Shown here: piece by piece, positions 1 to 7,964 of the stretch
Position numbering within the stretch: position 1 is the stretch's first letter
How the letters are laid out: the number at the start of each line of letters is the position of its first letter
Assembly: GCA_038153405.1 (NCBI GenBank)
Contig: JAYOYH010000028.1
Location: 41,821 to 58,377, forward strand
From: Gemmatimonadota bacterium
GTDB lineage: Bacteria; Latescibacterota; UBA2968; UBA8231
Length of the DNA stretch: 16,557 nt
Direction of reading: 5' to 3'
Made by a program: the position numbers and the translations under genes
The notes under the pieces: model-generated
Told to the model about the DNA's origin: nothing
The model's input: only the letters and a program-made list of their open reading frames with translations
The model's database searches: none

Positions 1-1057
1 GCACGGCATTTTCGCGCTCTTCGTCGCTATGGTCGTGATCGTGGTCGTGGTCGTGCTCGTGGTCGTGGTCGTGATCGTGGTCGTGGTCGTGATCGTGATT
101 GTCGCGACGCATCGAGCGCAGATAGTTGTCGACCATGCTCTCGGGCACGTCAAAGGGATTTTTCTCGATCAGCTGGCTGATTAGTTCGCCGCGTTCGCGC
201 TGCTGGCTCATGTAGTTCCAGCGTCCGGCAATTTGCTCCTTGATGCTGTTGCGGAGGTCGTCTAGCGTTTGGAACTGCTCGCCGATATCTTTGGCAAACT
301 CGTCGTCCAATGCCGGCAGGGTGCGCTCGCGCACTTCGCGCGCCTTGACTGCAAAATGCTCGGTTTTGCCAGCCAATTCTTCATTGGGTAGATCGTCGCG
401 ATAGGCAAATTTGACGTTGCGTTCCTCGCCGGCGCTGATACCGACGAGCGCTTCCTCAAACTCCGGGCTTGGCGCGTTTTCGTCGCCGATCAGGAAGTAG
501 CGCTCGTCGAATTTCTCGTCGGCTAGGGGCTTGCCCTCTTCGTCTAAGCGCTGCAGGTCGGCGATGAGCACGTCGCCCTTCTCGAGACTGCGTTCAACGG
601 CGCGCTCGGCTGCCTGGCGATTCTGCAGCTCTTTCAGTTGCTCGTCGACCTCCTCATCGCTCACCTCGTGTACCATTCGGGTGATTTCCAACTTTTCATA
701 CGCCTCCAATTCGATCTCTGGCCAGATATCGAGCGTTGCCGTAAAGGTGAGGGCCGAACCGGGCTCGTGGTCGAGTTTGGAGATTTGCGGCGGTGCCGCA
801 GGTACTAGTCCTGCTTCGCGCGTGGCCTCTTGCAGGAAGGTGGGTAGCATATCGCTAATCACTTCGCTGCGAATAGATGCGCCGTAGCGCGACTCAATGA
901 TGCGCATGGGCACCTTACCCTTGCGAAAGCCGGGTATTTCGATGCGCTTCTGGTAGGAGCGCAATGCGCGACCGATCTCTTTTTCTACGCGCTCAGCCTC
1001 AATTTCGACTTCCAGTTCGCGGCCCCATTGGCCTTTTTCTACGACGTTGGTCTTCAC
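1..1057 (-). CDS. tig: Trigger factor (ribosome-associated chaperone/PPIase), 3' end outside window; contains a His-Asp tract
   Basis: Not in the ORF track because there is no stop in the window. Manual translation from GTG at 1057: MKTNVVEKGQWGRELEVEIEAERVEKEIGRALRSYQKRIEIPGFRKGKVP, containing the GFRxGxxP ribosome-binding signature. Later EFEEALVGISAGEE, ELAGK, LPALDDEFAKD and PFDVPESMV are typical of trigger factor. Lies just downstream of tRNA-Leu. Confidence 0.96.
   Translation of the reverse strand, partial: MKTNVVEKGQWGRELEVEIEAERVEKEIGRALRSYQKRIEIPGFRKGKVPMRIIESRYGASIRSEVISDMLPTFLQEATREAGLVPAAPPQISKLDHEPGSALTFTATLDIWPEIELEAYEKLEITRMVHEVSDEEVDEQLKELQNRQAAERAVERSLEKGDVLIADLQRLDEEGKPLADEKFDERYFLIGDENAPSPEFEEALVGISAGEERNVKFAYRDDLPNEELAGKTEHFAVKAREVRERTLPALDDEFAKDIGEQFQTLDDLRNSIKEQIAGRWNYMSQQRERGELISQLIEKNPFDVPESMVDNYLRSMRRDNHDHDHDHDHDHDHEHDHDHDHDHSDEERENAV
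29..97 (-). repeat. Hexanucleotide tandem repeat (CACGA[C/T/G])n encoding HDHDHDHDHDHDHEHDHDHDHDH within tig
   Basis: Read directly: 12 His codons alternating with 10 Asp and 1 Glu, in frame with the tig GTG at 1057. Confidence 0.95.
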
Positions 1058-1145
1058 GTGCTTCAGCCTTGCAAGAATAGTGGAACAGAATGCGCACGCC
1101 GCCCGATAGCAGCGGACGGCGCGTCGTTAAGTCGGTGCGTAATTA

Positions 1146-1232
1146 TGGTGCGAAAGGGGGGACTCGAACCCCCACGCCCTTTCGGGCACTAGATCCTAAG
1201 TCTAGCGCGTATACCAATTTCGCCACTTTCGC
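1146..1232 (-). tRNA. tRNA-Leu (anticodon TAG), CCA encoded
   Basis: Minus strand GCGAAAGTGGCGAAATTGGTATACGCGCTAGACTTAGGATCTAGTGCCCGAAAGGGCGTGGGGGTTCGAGTCCCCCCTTTCGCACCA: 7-bp acceptor stem, anticodon stem CTAGA/TCTAG around CT-TAG-GA, long variable arm, GTTCGAG T-loop, discriminator A. Confidence 0.97.
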
Positions 1233-1236
1233 ACGT

Positions 1237-1266
1237 TGTAAAGCCTCGCGTTAGCGAGGCTTTACA
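1237..1266. repeat. Perfect 13-bp inverted repeat (stem-loop) immediately 5' of tRNA-Leu; possible weak terminator or leader hairpin
   Basis: TGTAAAGCCTCGC-GTTA-GCGAGGCTTTACA. Confidence 0.7.
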
Positions 1267-1286
1267 CCCATTTCTGGGCCATCATA

Positions 1287-1314
1287 ATAATATAGTATTT
1301 CGCTTGAGAAGCAA
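1287..1314 (-). promoter_or_regulatory. Putative sigma70-type promoter for tRNA-Leu/tig
   Basis: Minus strand TTGCTT (1314-1309), 16-nt spacer, TATTAT (1292-1287), in an AT-rich patch just after the glyQS stop. Confidence 0.5.
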
Positions 1315-1319
1315 GGTTA

Positions 1320-2690
1320 TCAAATCGCTTCCCAGGCGTCCATGCTCTTGTCCAGATGAGTTCGCAGATCGGCCATGGGCACGCGCTGCTGCTCCATTGA
1401 GTCGCGATCGCGCACGGTGACGGTTTGGTTTTCCAGCGTTTCCGAGTCGACGGTAATGCAAAACGGCGTGCCCACCTCGTCCATGCGACGGTAGCGCCGA
1501 CCGACGGCACCGCTTTCGTCGTACACCACGTGGAAGTGCGCGCGCAGGTCTGCAGTGATTTTGCGGGCGATCTCGGGCATGCCGTCGCGCTTAACCAGCG
1601 GTAAGACGGCCGCTTTGATCGGCGCCATGCGCGGGTGAAAACGCATGACGACGCGCGTTTCTCCTTTGACCTCCTCTTCGTGGTATGCATTGACCAGGCA
1701 GGCCATGGTCGTGCGACTCGCGCCGATCGAAGTCTCGATAACACAGGGAACAAACTTTTCGCGACTCTCTTCATCAAAATACTGGAGCTTCTTGCCAGAA
1801 TACTGCTCGTGCTGCGATAGGTCGAAGTTGGAGCGGTTGTGAATGCCCTCGATCTCACCCGGCCCAAAGGGGAACTCGTACTGGATGTCGAAGGCGGCGC
1901 TGGCGTAGTGAGCCAATTCGTCGCCCTGGTGTTCGTGCCAGCTGAGTTTTTTCTCAGGGAGCCCGATATTGCGGAACCAATTCCAGCGCTCTTCGCGCCA
2001 GTACTCAAAGTGCTTGTCCTGCGTGCCCGGCGCCACGAAATACTGCATTTCCATCTGCTCAAATTCGCGCGTGCGAAAGAGAAAGTTCTTGGTGGTGATC
2101 TCGTTGCGAAACGCCTTGCCGATTTGCGCAATGCCGAAGGGTAGCTTCTGGCGCATGGCCGACTGCACGTTGAGGTAGTTGACGAAAATACCCTGGGCTG
2201 TTTCCGGACGCAGGTAAATGCGCGCACTCTCGTCCTCGAGCGGTCCGACAAAGGTCTTAAACATTAGGTTGAATTGACGCGCCTCGCTCAGATCGTTGCC
2301 CTTGGGGCTCTTGAGTTCGATTTCGACGGCTTTGGCCATCATGGCTTCCATACCGAGGCCGGTGACGTCGACGCCGTTTTCTTCCAATAGCTGGTCGAGG
2401 CGATAGCGCTCGTTGGTCTTTTTATCCTCGACCATTGGATCGCTGAATCCCGCGACGTGACCGGAAGCTTCCCAGACTTTGGCGTGCATTAGAATGCTCG
2501 CATCGAGTCCCTCGACGTCTTCGCGGTAAGTCATGGCGCGCCACCAGGCATCTTTGACGTTTCTCAGCAGCTCGACGCCGAGCGGTCCGTAGTCCCAGCA
2601 GCCGTTGAGTCCGCCGTATATCTCGGAGCTCTGAAAGACAAATCCCTTGCGCTTGCACAGCGATACCAGTTTTTCCATCACATCAGCCAT
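1320..2690 (-). CDS. glyQS: Glycine--tRNA ligase, homodimeric alpha2 type
   Basis: 456 aa with LCKRKGFVFQSSEIYGG, WDYGPLG, LRPETAQGIF, AQIGKAFRNEIT, FRTREFEQME, ELAHYA, IETSIG and anticodon-domain GRRYRRMDEVGTPFCITVD. AAGGAG RBS upstream. Confidence 0.97.
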   Translation of the reverse strand: MADVMEKLVSLCKRKGFVFQSSEIYGGLNGCWDYGPLGVELLRNVKDAWWRAMTYREDVEGLDASILMHAKVWEASGHVAGFSDPMVEDKKTNERYRLDQLLEENGVDVTGLGMEAMMAKAVEIELKSPKGNDLSEARQFNLMFKTFVGPLEDESARIYLRPETAQGIFVNYLNVQSAMRQKLPFGIAQIGKAFRNEITTKNFLFRTREFEQMEMQYFVAPGTQDKHFEYWREERWNWFRNIGLPEKKLSWHEHQGDELAHYASAAFDIQYEFPFGPGEIEGIHNRSNFDLSQHEQYSGKKLQYFDEESREKFVPCVIETSIGASRTTMACLVNAYHEEEVKGETRVVMRFHPRMAPIKAAVLPLVKRDGMPEIARKITADLRAHFHVVYDESGAVGRRYRRMDEVGTPFCITVDSETLENQTVTVRDRDSMEQQRVPMADLRTHLDKSMDAWEAI

Positions 2691-2771
2691 ACCTGTATAT
2701 CTCCTTCGAGAGGCCGAGTCCGCGCAACAGCGCTGTTAGAAGGCCTCGGTATATTGAGTTATTTCGATGTA

Positions 2772-3557
2772 TTAAGATCCCAACGCCGACTGCTGTCGGC
2801 GCAGCGAGTCCAGAAAGTGCAGGGAGCGCAGGTGCCCTCGGCCGCTGCCGTAGTAGTCAAAAAACGCGCTCAGCGCCGCGCGAATTTCGCCGCGCTGAGA
2901 CGGAGCGGCCGGCATGGCCTCTTTACTGTAGGTTCGCAGCGTCTGCAGCTGGGCGAGAAAGAGCAGGCTTTCGCCCGGCAGCCGCGTGCCGTTTCCCGCT
3001 CCGCAGGACGCGCACATTCCGCCGCCCTGCGCCGCGCTAAACCACAGCCAGGCTCCGGCCAACTCGCGCCGACAGCCCACGCACTGGCGCAGTTCGGGGG
3101 TATAACCCAGGGCATCTAACACGCGCAGCTGATAGTACCAAAAGAGCGACTCCACCTGTTCGATATCGACTTCTGTAAGGCCAATCAGCACGCCGCGTAA
3201 ACACCGATAAAGACGCGCGTTGGGCTCGCCCTCAATGGTTAGTCCGTCGACTAGCTCTAACGCTGCATTGGCTAGGGAAAAACGCTCCAGGTCTGCGCCG
3301 AATACTGGAGGTTCGCTCAGCAGCAGGCACTCGCTGAGCGTCTGCAGTTCGCGGGTGTCGCGCATATAGCAGACGATTTGCACTTCTGCCATCAAATCTA
3401 ATGCAGAGCTAAATTTGCTCTTGATGCGGCGCGCGCCTTTGGCCGTGGCCTTCAGCTTGCCGAACTCTTCCGTGAAGAGCGTTGCCAGACGGCTAGTCTC
3501 TCCCATGCGCCGGCTGCGCAGCACAATGGCGTTCGTCTTGATTATGGAGCGCCGCAC
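2772..3557 (-). CDS. recO: DNA repair protein RecO
   Basis: IIKTNAIVLRSRRMGETSRLATLFTEEFGKLKATAKGARR OB-fold start, LGYTPELRQCVGC...GGGMCASC zinc motif, and recO-glyQS adjacency. Start placed at GTG 3557, just after the upstream stop; GTG 3572 is an alternative. Confidence 0.93.
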   Translation of the reverse strand: MRRSIIKTNAIVLRSRRMGETSRLATLFTEEFGKLKATAKGARRIKSKFSSALDLMAEVQIVCYMRDTRELQTLSECLLLSEPPVFGADLERFSLANAALELVDGLTIEGEPNARLYRCLRGVLIGLTEVDIEQVESLFWYYQLRVLDALGYTPELRQCVGCRRELAGAWLWFSAAQGGGMCASCGAGNGTRLPGESLLFLAQLQTLRTYSKEAMPAAPSQRGEIRAALSAFFDYYGSGRGHLRSLHFLDSLRRQQSALGS

Positions 3558-3558
3558 C

Positions 3559-3891
3559 TCAGTCGCTCTCACCGGCAGGCAGGGCGTAGACGCGCTCGCC
3601 CTTTTTGCTCATTCCGTATTCCTCGCGCGCGACCTTTTCTACGTAGCTCATATCGTTTTCCAGTCGCCAGAGCACGTTCTTTAAGCTGTCGCGCTCGGCC
3701 TGCAGCAGCGCGACCTGTGTCTGCAAGTCGGCTAGTTTGTCGCGTTTTCCACCCATCGTCCAGAAGGCGGATTCGCCCAGGGCGATATACGCGGCTAAGG
3801 CAATGATCACTAGAGCGCCGACCAGCCGCCAGCGCGACGGAGCGACAACGACGGGTGCCGGGCGCTTTTTCTGCGTGATTTTGGGGCTCAT
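3559..3891 (-). CDS. Septum formation initiator family protein (FtsB/DivIC-like)
   Basis: 110 aa: basic N-terminus, one TM helix (LVGALVIIALAAYIAL), coiled coil and YVEKVAREEYGMSKKGERVY, matching the E-x-x-AR-x-x-L/YG-x-x-x-x-GE motif. AGGAG-like RBS (GAGG) upstream. Confidence 0.88.
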   Translation of the reverse strand: MSPKITQKKRPAPVVVAPSRWRLVGALVIIALAAYIALGESAFWTMGGKRDKLADLQTQVALLQAERDSLKNVLWRLENDMSYVEKVAREEYGMSKKGERVYALPAGESD

Positions 3892-3916
3892 AAGATCGCC
3901 TCAGGAGCACATTGCG

Positions 3917-5056
3917 CTAGAAGAGGACGAGGTCATCGCGGTGAATTACCTCTAAGGCAGGACGGCCCAATTCGCGCTCCACGTCGGGCGAACTTTTGCC
4001 GAAAACGCGCCGCAGATCGGCGGCGGTATAACGACACACACCGCGGCCCAACTCGTCGCCTTGCTCGTTGTCGATGCGCACGACATCGCCTGCGGCGAAT
4101 TCGCCATCGCAGGCGACTACGCCGGCCGGCAGCAGGCTGCGATAGTGCTCGGCCAATGCGCGCTGGGCGCCGCCGTCGACGATAACGCAGCCGCGGTGCT
4201 GGCTGGCAAAGGCGATCCAGCGCTTGCGGCTGCCCATGCGTTTGCCCATCGGACAAAACAGCGTGCCGAGTGGCTGCCCGTCCATAATATCGAGCAGGCG
4301 ATGCTTGCGCCCATGCGCGATGATGGTCATCTCTCCACAGGTCATCAGCAGGCGCGCGGCGCGCAGCTTGGTGAGCATGCCGCCGCTGCCAACGCCGCTG
4401 TATGCGCGCCCGGCCATTGCCTCGAGTCGCGCATCGTTGTCGCGCACTTCGCACAGCAGGTCGCCTTCGGGGCCATGGGGACCAAAGGCGGTATACAGTC
4501 CTTCGACATCGGACATGATCACCAGCAGGTCGGCGCGAATCAGGTTGCTGACATAGGCAGCGAGCATGTCGTTTTCACCTAAGCGGCGCTTCAACTCGGC
4601 GACGGCGACGCTGTCGTTCTCGTTGATGATTGGCACGGCGCCGTAGTCGAACAGACTGCGAAAAGTGTTTTCCAAGTTTACGTAGCGGCGGCGATCGCCC
4701 AATATATCTTCTGCCGTTAATAGTACCTGTCCGACCGGCACGTCGCTGCGGCGGAAGAGCGTCTTGTAGGAGTTCATCATCAGGTTTTGACCGATGGAGG
4801 CCAGCGCCTGCAACTCGGCGATGCCGTCCGGACGCTGCGCCAAGCCCATGCGGCCCATGCCGGCTGCAACGGCGCCGGACGTGACGATGGCGACTTCGAC
4901 GCCGCGCTCGCGCAGTGCGATAACGTCTTTGACGAGCTGGCGGATTGCGATGCGATTGGGTTTGTGTTGGGCGGTCGTTAACACGCTACTGCCGATTTTT
5001 ACGACCATGCGCCGCACGTTGCGCATCTGTGTGCGCGCTGTTCTATCTGCGTTCAC
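3917..5056 (-). CDS. proB: Glutamate 5-kinase with C-terminal PUA domain
   Basis: VVKIGSSVLT, VTSGAVAAG, ASIGQ, PIINENDSV, GSGGMLTKLRAA, RKRWIAF, SLLPAGV, EVIHRDDLV. GTG start overlaps the hisF stop (GTGA). Confidence 0.96.
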   Translation of the reverse strand: MNADRTARTQMRNVRRMVVKIGSSVLTTAQHKPNRIAIRQLVKDVIALRERGVEVAIVTSGAVAAGMGRMGLAQRPDGIAELQALASIGQNLMMNSYKTLFRRSDVPVGQVLLTAEDILGDRRRYVNLENTFRSLFDYGAVPIINENDSVAVAELKRRLGENDMLAAYVSNLIRADLLVIMSDVEGLYTAFGPHGPEGDLLCEVRDNDARLEAMAGRAYSGVGSGGMLTKLRAARLLMTCGEMTIIAHGRKHRLLDIMDGQPLGTLFCPMGKRMGSRKRWIAFASQHRGCVIVDGGAQRALAEHYRSLLPAGVVACDGEFAAGDVVRIDNEQGDELGRGVCRYTAADLRRVFGKSSPDVERELGRPALEVIHRDDLVLF

Positions 5057-5826
5057 AGCCGCACTACGACCCCCTTCTGGGCAAGGTAGCTTTTCACTTC
5101 TGGGATGGAGTGCTGCTCGAAATGGAAGATAGATGCGGCCAGCGCCGCGCTCGCTTCGCCTTCCGTTAGGACCTCGTATATGTGGTCCATATTGCCCGCC
5201 CCGCCCGAGGCGACGATGGGCACGCGCACGCGGTGTGCGACTTCCTTGTTTAGCTCGAGGTCGTAGCCGGCACGCGTGCCATCGGCATCAATGCTGTTGA
5301 GCACCAATTCGCCCGCCCCCCTGCCAACTAGTTCCTGCACCCATTCTAACGCATCGATCCCCGTCGCGGTGCGGCCGCCGTTGATATAGATCTCCCAGGA
5401 CGTCTTCTCGCCTTCTTGCGCAGGACGGCGCAGCGCGTCGATAGCGCCGACGATGCACTGCGAGCCAAAGCTCTCAGCGCTCTGGTTTATGATGTCGGGC
5501 GTGTGCACGTGAGCCGAGTTGATCGATACCTTATCGGCGCCGCTCTTGAGGATGGTGCGCACGTCCTCAAAGGTGCGGATGCCGCCGCCGACGGTAAGCG
5601 GGATAAAGACCTGTTCGGATACCTGGCGCACCAAGTCCATGACGATGGCCCGTCCATCGGCCGATGCCGTTATGTCGTAGAACACCAATTCGTCGGCGCC
5701 CTCGCGATCGTAGCGCGCGGCTAACTCGACGGGGTCACCGGCGTCGCGGTCAGCCGAAAAGCGCACTCCGCGCACGTTGCGGCCGTTTTTTACATCGAGG
5801 CATGGAATAATGCGCTTGGCCAGCAT
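5053..5826 (-). CDS. hisF: Imidazole glycerol phosphate synthase, cyclase subunit
   Basis: [83 protein letters not shown] at 5826 preferred over TTG at 5832. Confidence 0.97.
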   Translation of the reverse strand: MLAKRIIPCLDVKNGRNVRGVRFSADRDAGDPVELAARYDREGADELVFYDITASADGRAIVMDLVRQVSEQVFIPLTVGGGIRTFEDVRTILKSGADKVSINSAHVHTPDIINQSAESFGSQCIVGAIDALRRPAQEGEKTSWEIYINGGRTATGIDALEWVQELVGRGAGELVLNSIDADGTRAGYDLELNKEVAHRVRVPIVASGGAGNMDHIYEVLTEGEASAALAASIFHFEQHSIPEVKSYLAQKGVVVRL

Positions 5827-5828
5827 GG

Positions 5829-6431
5829 TCAACTCATATGCGCGAAGTTTTTCAGGATTTGGAGACCGCGATCCTGGCTTTTTTCCGGATGGAACTGGAC
5901 GCCGTAGACGCCATCGCGGCCGGCGATCGAAACGTAGTCCAATCCGTAGTTCGTGGTGGCTACGCAGTCGCTTTCGATTTTGGATGTTGCGTAGTACGAA
6001 TGGACGAAGTAGAAAAAGCTGCCTGTTGGGACGCCCTCGAGCAAAGGCGTTTCACGGCGAATATCGATCTGGTTCCAGCCGATTTGCGGCACGCGTTCGC
6101 TGGCGGGGAAGCGCGTGCACTGTCCCGGTAACAGAGCCAATCCCTGGTGCAATCCCATTTCTTCGCTCGCTTCGAACATGAGCTGCAGGCCGACGCAAAT
6201 GCCGAGAAACGGCTTGCCTGCCTCAATGCCGCGCTGGATGCACTCGACCCAGCCCCCACTGTGCAAGTTGCGCATGGCATCGCCAAAGGCGGCGTCTCCG
6301 GGCAGCACTAGGTGGCTTGCGTCGACGGCGTGCTCTGGTTTTTCGACGATATGCGCCGCAAAACCGAGAAACTGGAAGGCTTTCTCTACGCTGCGCAGAT
6401 TGCCCATGCCGTAGTCGATAATTGCAATCAC
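5829..6431 (-). CDS. hisH: Imidazole glycerol phosphate synthase, glutaminase subunit
   Basis: IAIIDYGMGNLRSV, LGICVGLQL (catalytic Cys), VPQIGWN, YFVHSY, QFHPEKS (His-Glu). GTG start overlaps the proC stop. Confidence 0.97.
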   Translation of the reverse strand: MIAIIDYGMGNLRSVEKAFQFLGFAAHIVEKPEHAVDASHLVLPGDAAFGDAMRNLHSGGWVECIQRGIEAGKPFLGICVGLQLMFEASEEMGLHQGLALLPGQCTRFPASERVPQIGWNQIDIRRETPLLEGVPTGSFFYFVHSYYATSKIESDCVATTNYGLDYVSIAGRDGVYGVQFHPEKSQDRGLQILKNFAHMS

Positions 6432-7237
6432 GACGCGCCCAATTCGCGCGAGCGCTGGCTGGCCGCCAGCACGGCATTCATCAGCGCGGCGCGCACGCCG
6501 CCTTGTTCCATGGCGTGCAGGCCGGCAATGGTCGTTCCTCCTGGCGAGGTGACCTGCTCTTTGAGCTGGGATGGATGCAGCTCGCCGCGCAGAACCATCT
6601 GTGCGGCCCCCGCGACGGTTTGTGCGGCCAGTTGTAGGGCCGTAGCGCGCGGCAAGCCGGCGCCCACGCCCCCGTCAGCGAGTGCGTCTATGATCGCATA
6701 GACATAGGCTGGACCGCTGCCCGACAGGCCCGTTACAGCGTCCATTTGCGCCTCGCTGACCTCGATGGCGCTGCCGACTAGCTCTAACAATTGGACGACG
6801 CGCTGCACCTGCTGTGCGTCAGCGAAGCGCCCGGCGCACAGGGCACAAGCACCCATGCGCAAGCGCACCAGCGTCTGCGGCATGACGCGGACCACGGGGA
6901 CTTCGCCGCCGATATGCTCTTCTATGGTCTGCGTTGCAACGCCGGCCATCATGGAGACGACAACCTGTCCAGGAGAGAGTGCGTTGGCCAATTGGGGCAA
7001 GACGCTCTGAGCCACCTGCGGCTTTATGCCGAGAACGACAAAGTGGCTGTCGAATACCGCATCGCTCAGCTCGGTGCCCGTGCGGATGCCGAGCTCGATC
7101 AGCGCCTGCAGGGCTGCAGGAAGTGGATCTACGGCGGCTAATTGCCCCCGTGCGATTTTGCCGGAGTCCAGCAGGCCCGCGATCAGCGCGCGGCTCATAT
7201 GGCCCGCGCCGATGAATCCAATGCGACAATCTTCCAT
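6428..7237 (-). CDS. proC: Pyrroline-5-carboxylate reductase
   Basis: IGFIGAGHM Rossmann motif, GIKPQ, VRVMPQT, DAVTGLSGSGPAYVY, VTSPGGTTIAGL. Confidence 0.96.
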   Translation of the reverse strand: MEDCRIGFIGAGHMSRALIAGLLDSGKIARGQLAAVDPLPAALQALIELGIRTGTELSDAVFDSHFVVLGIKPQVAQSVLPQLANALSPGQVVVSMMAGVATQTIEEHIGGEVPVVRVMPQTLVRLRMGACALCAGRFADAQQVQRVVQLLELVGSAIEVSEAQMDAVTGLSGSGPAYVYAIIDALADGGVGAGLPRATALQLAAQTVAGAAQMVLRGELHPSQLKEQVTSPGGTTIAGLHAMEQGGVRAALMNAVLAASQRSRELGAS

Positions 7238-7310
7238 GGCAATCAGTATCCGAAGTGCTTGGACGGAGAGACGGCTACAGAACGCAGCACAATCATAGCT
7301 AAGTTAGATT

Positions 7311-7339
7311 AAAATAGACCACTTATTGCACTATGTCAA
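7311..7339 (-). promoter_or_regulatory. Putative sigma70 promoter of the proC cluster
   Basis: Minus strand TTGACA (7339-7334), 17-nt spacer, TATTTT (7316-7311). Confidence 0.65.
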
Positions 7340-7417
7340 ATGATAGAGATGGCTGTAAATATCGCTGATACAGTCCCTTAACACACCTAGAATACCCGCG
7401 AAAACGAGGATTTCTCC

Positions 7418-7447
7418 TTGACGAAGGGCTTTGTAGCATGCTATCTT
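7418..7447 (+). promoter_or_regulatory. Putative sigma70 promoter (extended -10) of the SWIB gene
   Basis: TTGACG (7418-7423), 18-nt spacer, TATCTT (7442-7447) with TG at 7439-7440. Confidence 0.6.
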
Positions 7448-7575
7448 TGGCGCGAAATGCATATAAAATCTAGTAATATGTGCCATTTGAGGGCAAAGTA
7501 CCTGTTGCGAAGCACTTGCCCATCTCGATTTCTAAATCCATCCCAACCTCATGAACTTCACAAGGAGTAGAGGCA

Positions 7576-7923
7576 ATGGCTAAGAAAAAGGCACCGGCAA
7601 GGAAGGCCCCGGCAAAGAAGGCCCCGGCAAAGAAGGCCCCGGCAAAGAAGGCCCCGGCAAAGAAGGCTAAGCGCAAGCCCAATCCGTCGTTTATGCGGCC
7701 TCTGCAGCCCGATGCGACACTGGGTGCCGTCATTGGCAACAAGGCCATACCGCGCACGCAAGTCACAAAGAAGATTTGGGATTACATTAAGAAAAACAAC
7801 TTACAGGACAACCAGAACAAACGCATGATCAATGCCGACGATAAGCTCAAAGAAGTTTTTGGCGGCAAAAAGCAAGTCAGCATGTTTGAAATGACCAAAT
7901 TGGTCAACATGCACCTGAGTTGA
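7576..7923 (+). CDS. SWIB/MDM2-domain protein with N-terminal histone-H1-like Lys/Ala/Pro repeats; probable DNA-binding protein
   Basis: 115 aa: (KAPAK)5 followed by FMRPLQPDATLGAVIG...RTQVTKKIWDYIKKNNLQDNQNKRMINADDKLKEVFGGKKQVSMFEMTKLVNMHL, a classic SWIB domain. AAGGAG RBS. Confidence 0.93.
   Translation: MAKKKAPARKAPAKKAPAKKAPAKKAPAKKAKRKPNPSFMRPLQPDATLGAVIGNKAIPRTQVTKKIWDYIKKNNLQDNQNKRMINADDKLKEVFGGKKQVSMFEMTKLVNMHLS
7588..7662 (+). repeat. 15-bp tandem repeat (AAGGCCCCGGCAAAG) encoding KAPAK
   Basis: One diverged copy (7588-7602) and four identical copies (7603-7662). Confidence 0.95.
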
Positions 7924-7964
7924 TTCGAACCGTCGGCACCGATTGGCGCTAACGCCGTTGTACG

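Noticed and set aside
1058..1232. tRNA-Leu as an integration site for an island or prophage
   Set aside because: No integrase, no duplicated tRNA 3' end noticed, and the ordinary tRNA-Leu-tig arrangement is intact.
1262..2251. 329-aa minus-strand ORF overlapping glyQS, and other shadow ORFs over recognised genes
   Set aside because: Off-frame or antisense ORFs expected in GC-rich DNA; Arg/Ser/Ala-rich with no recognisable motifs.
2691..2771. T-box or other leader for glyQS; palindrome AACAGCGCTGTT at 2726-2737
   Set aside because: Only about 80 nt, too short for a T-box and lacking its consensus. The palindrome cannot be assigned to a regulator from sequence alone.
7470..7766. Antisense ORFs with AGAFF / CRGLL repeats
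   Set aside because: Mirror images of the KAPAK repeat of the SWIB gene.
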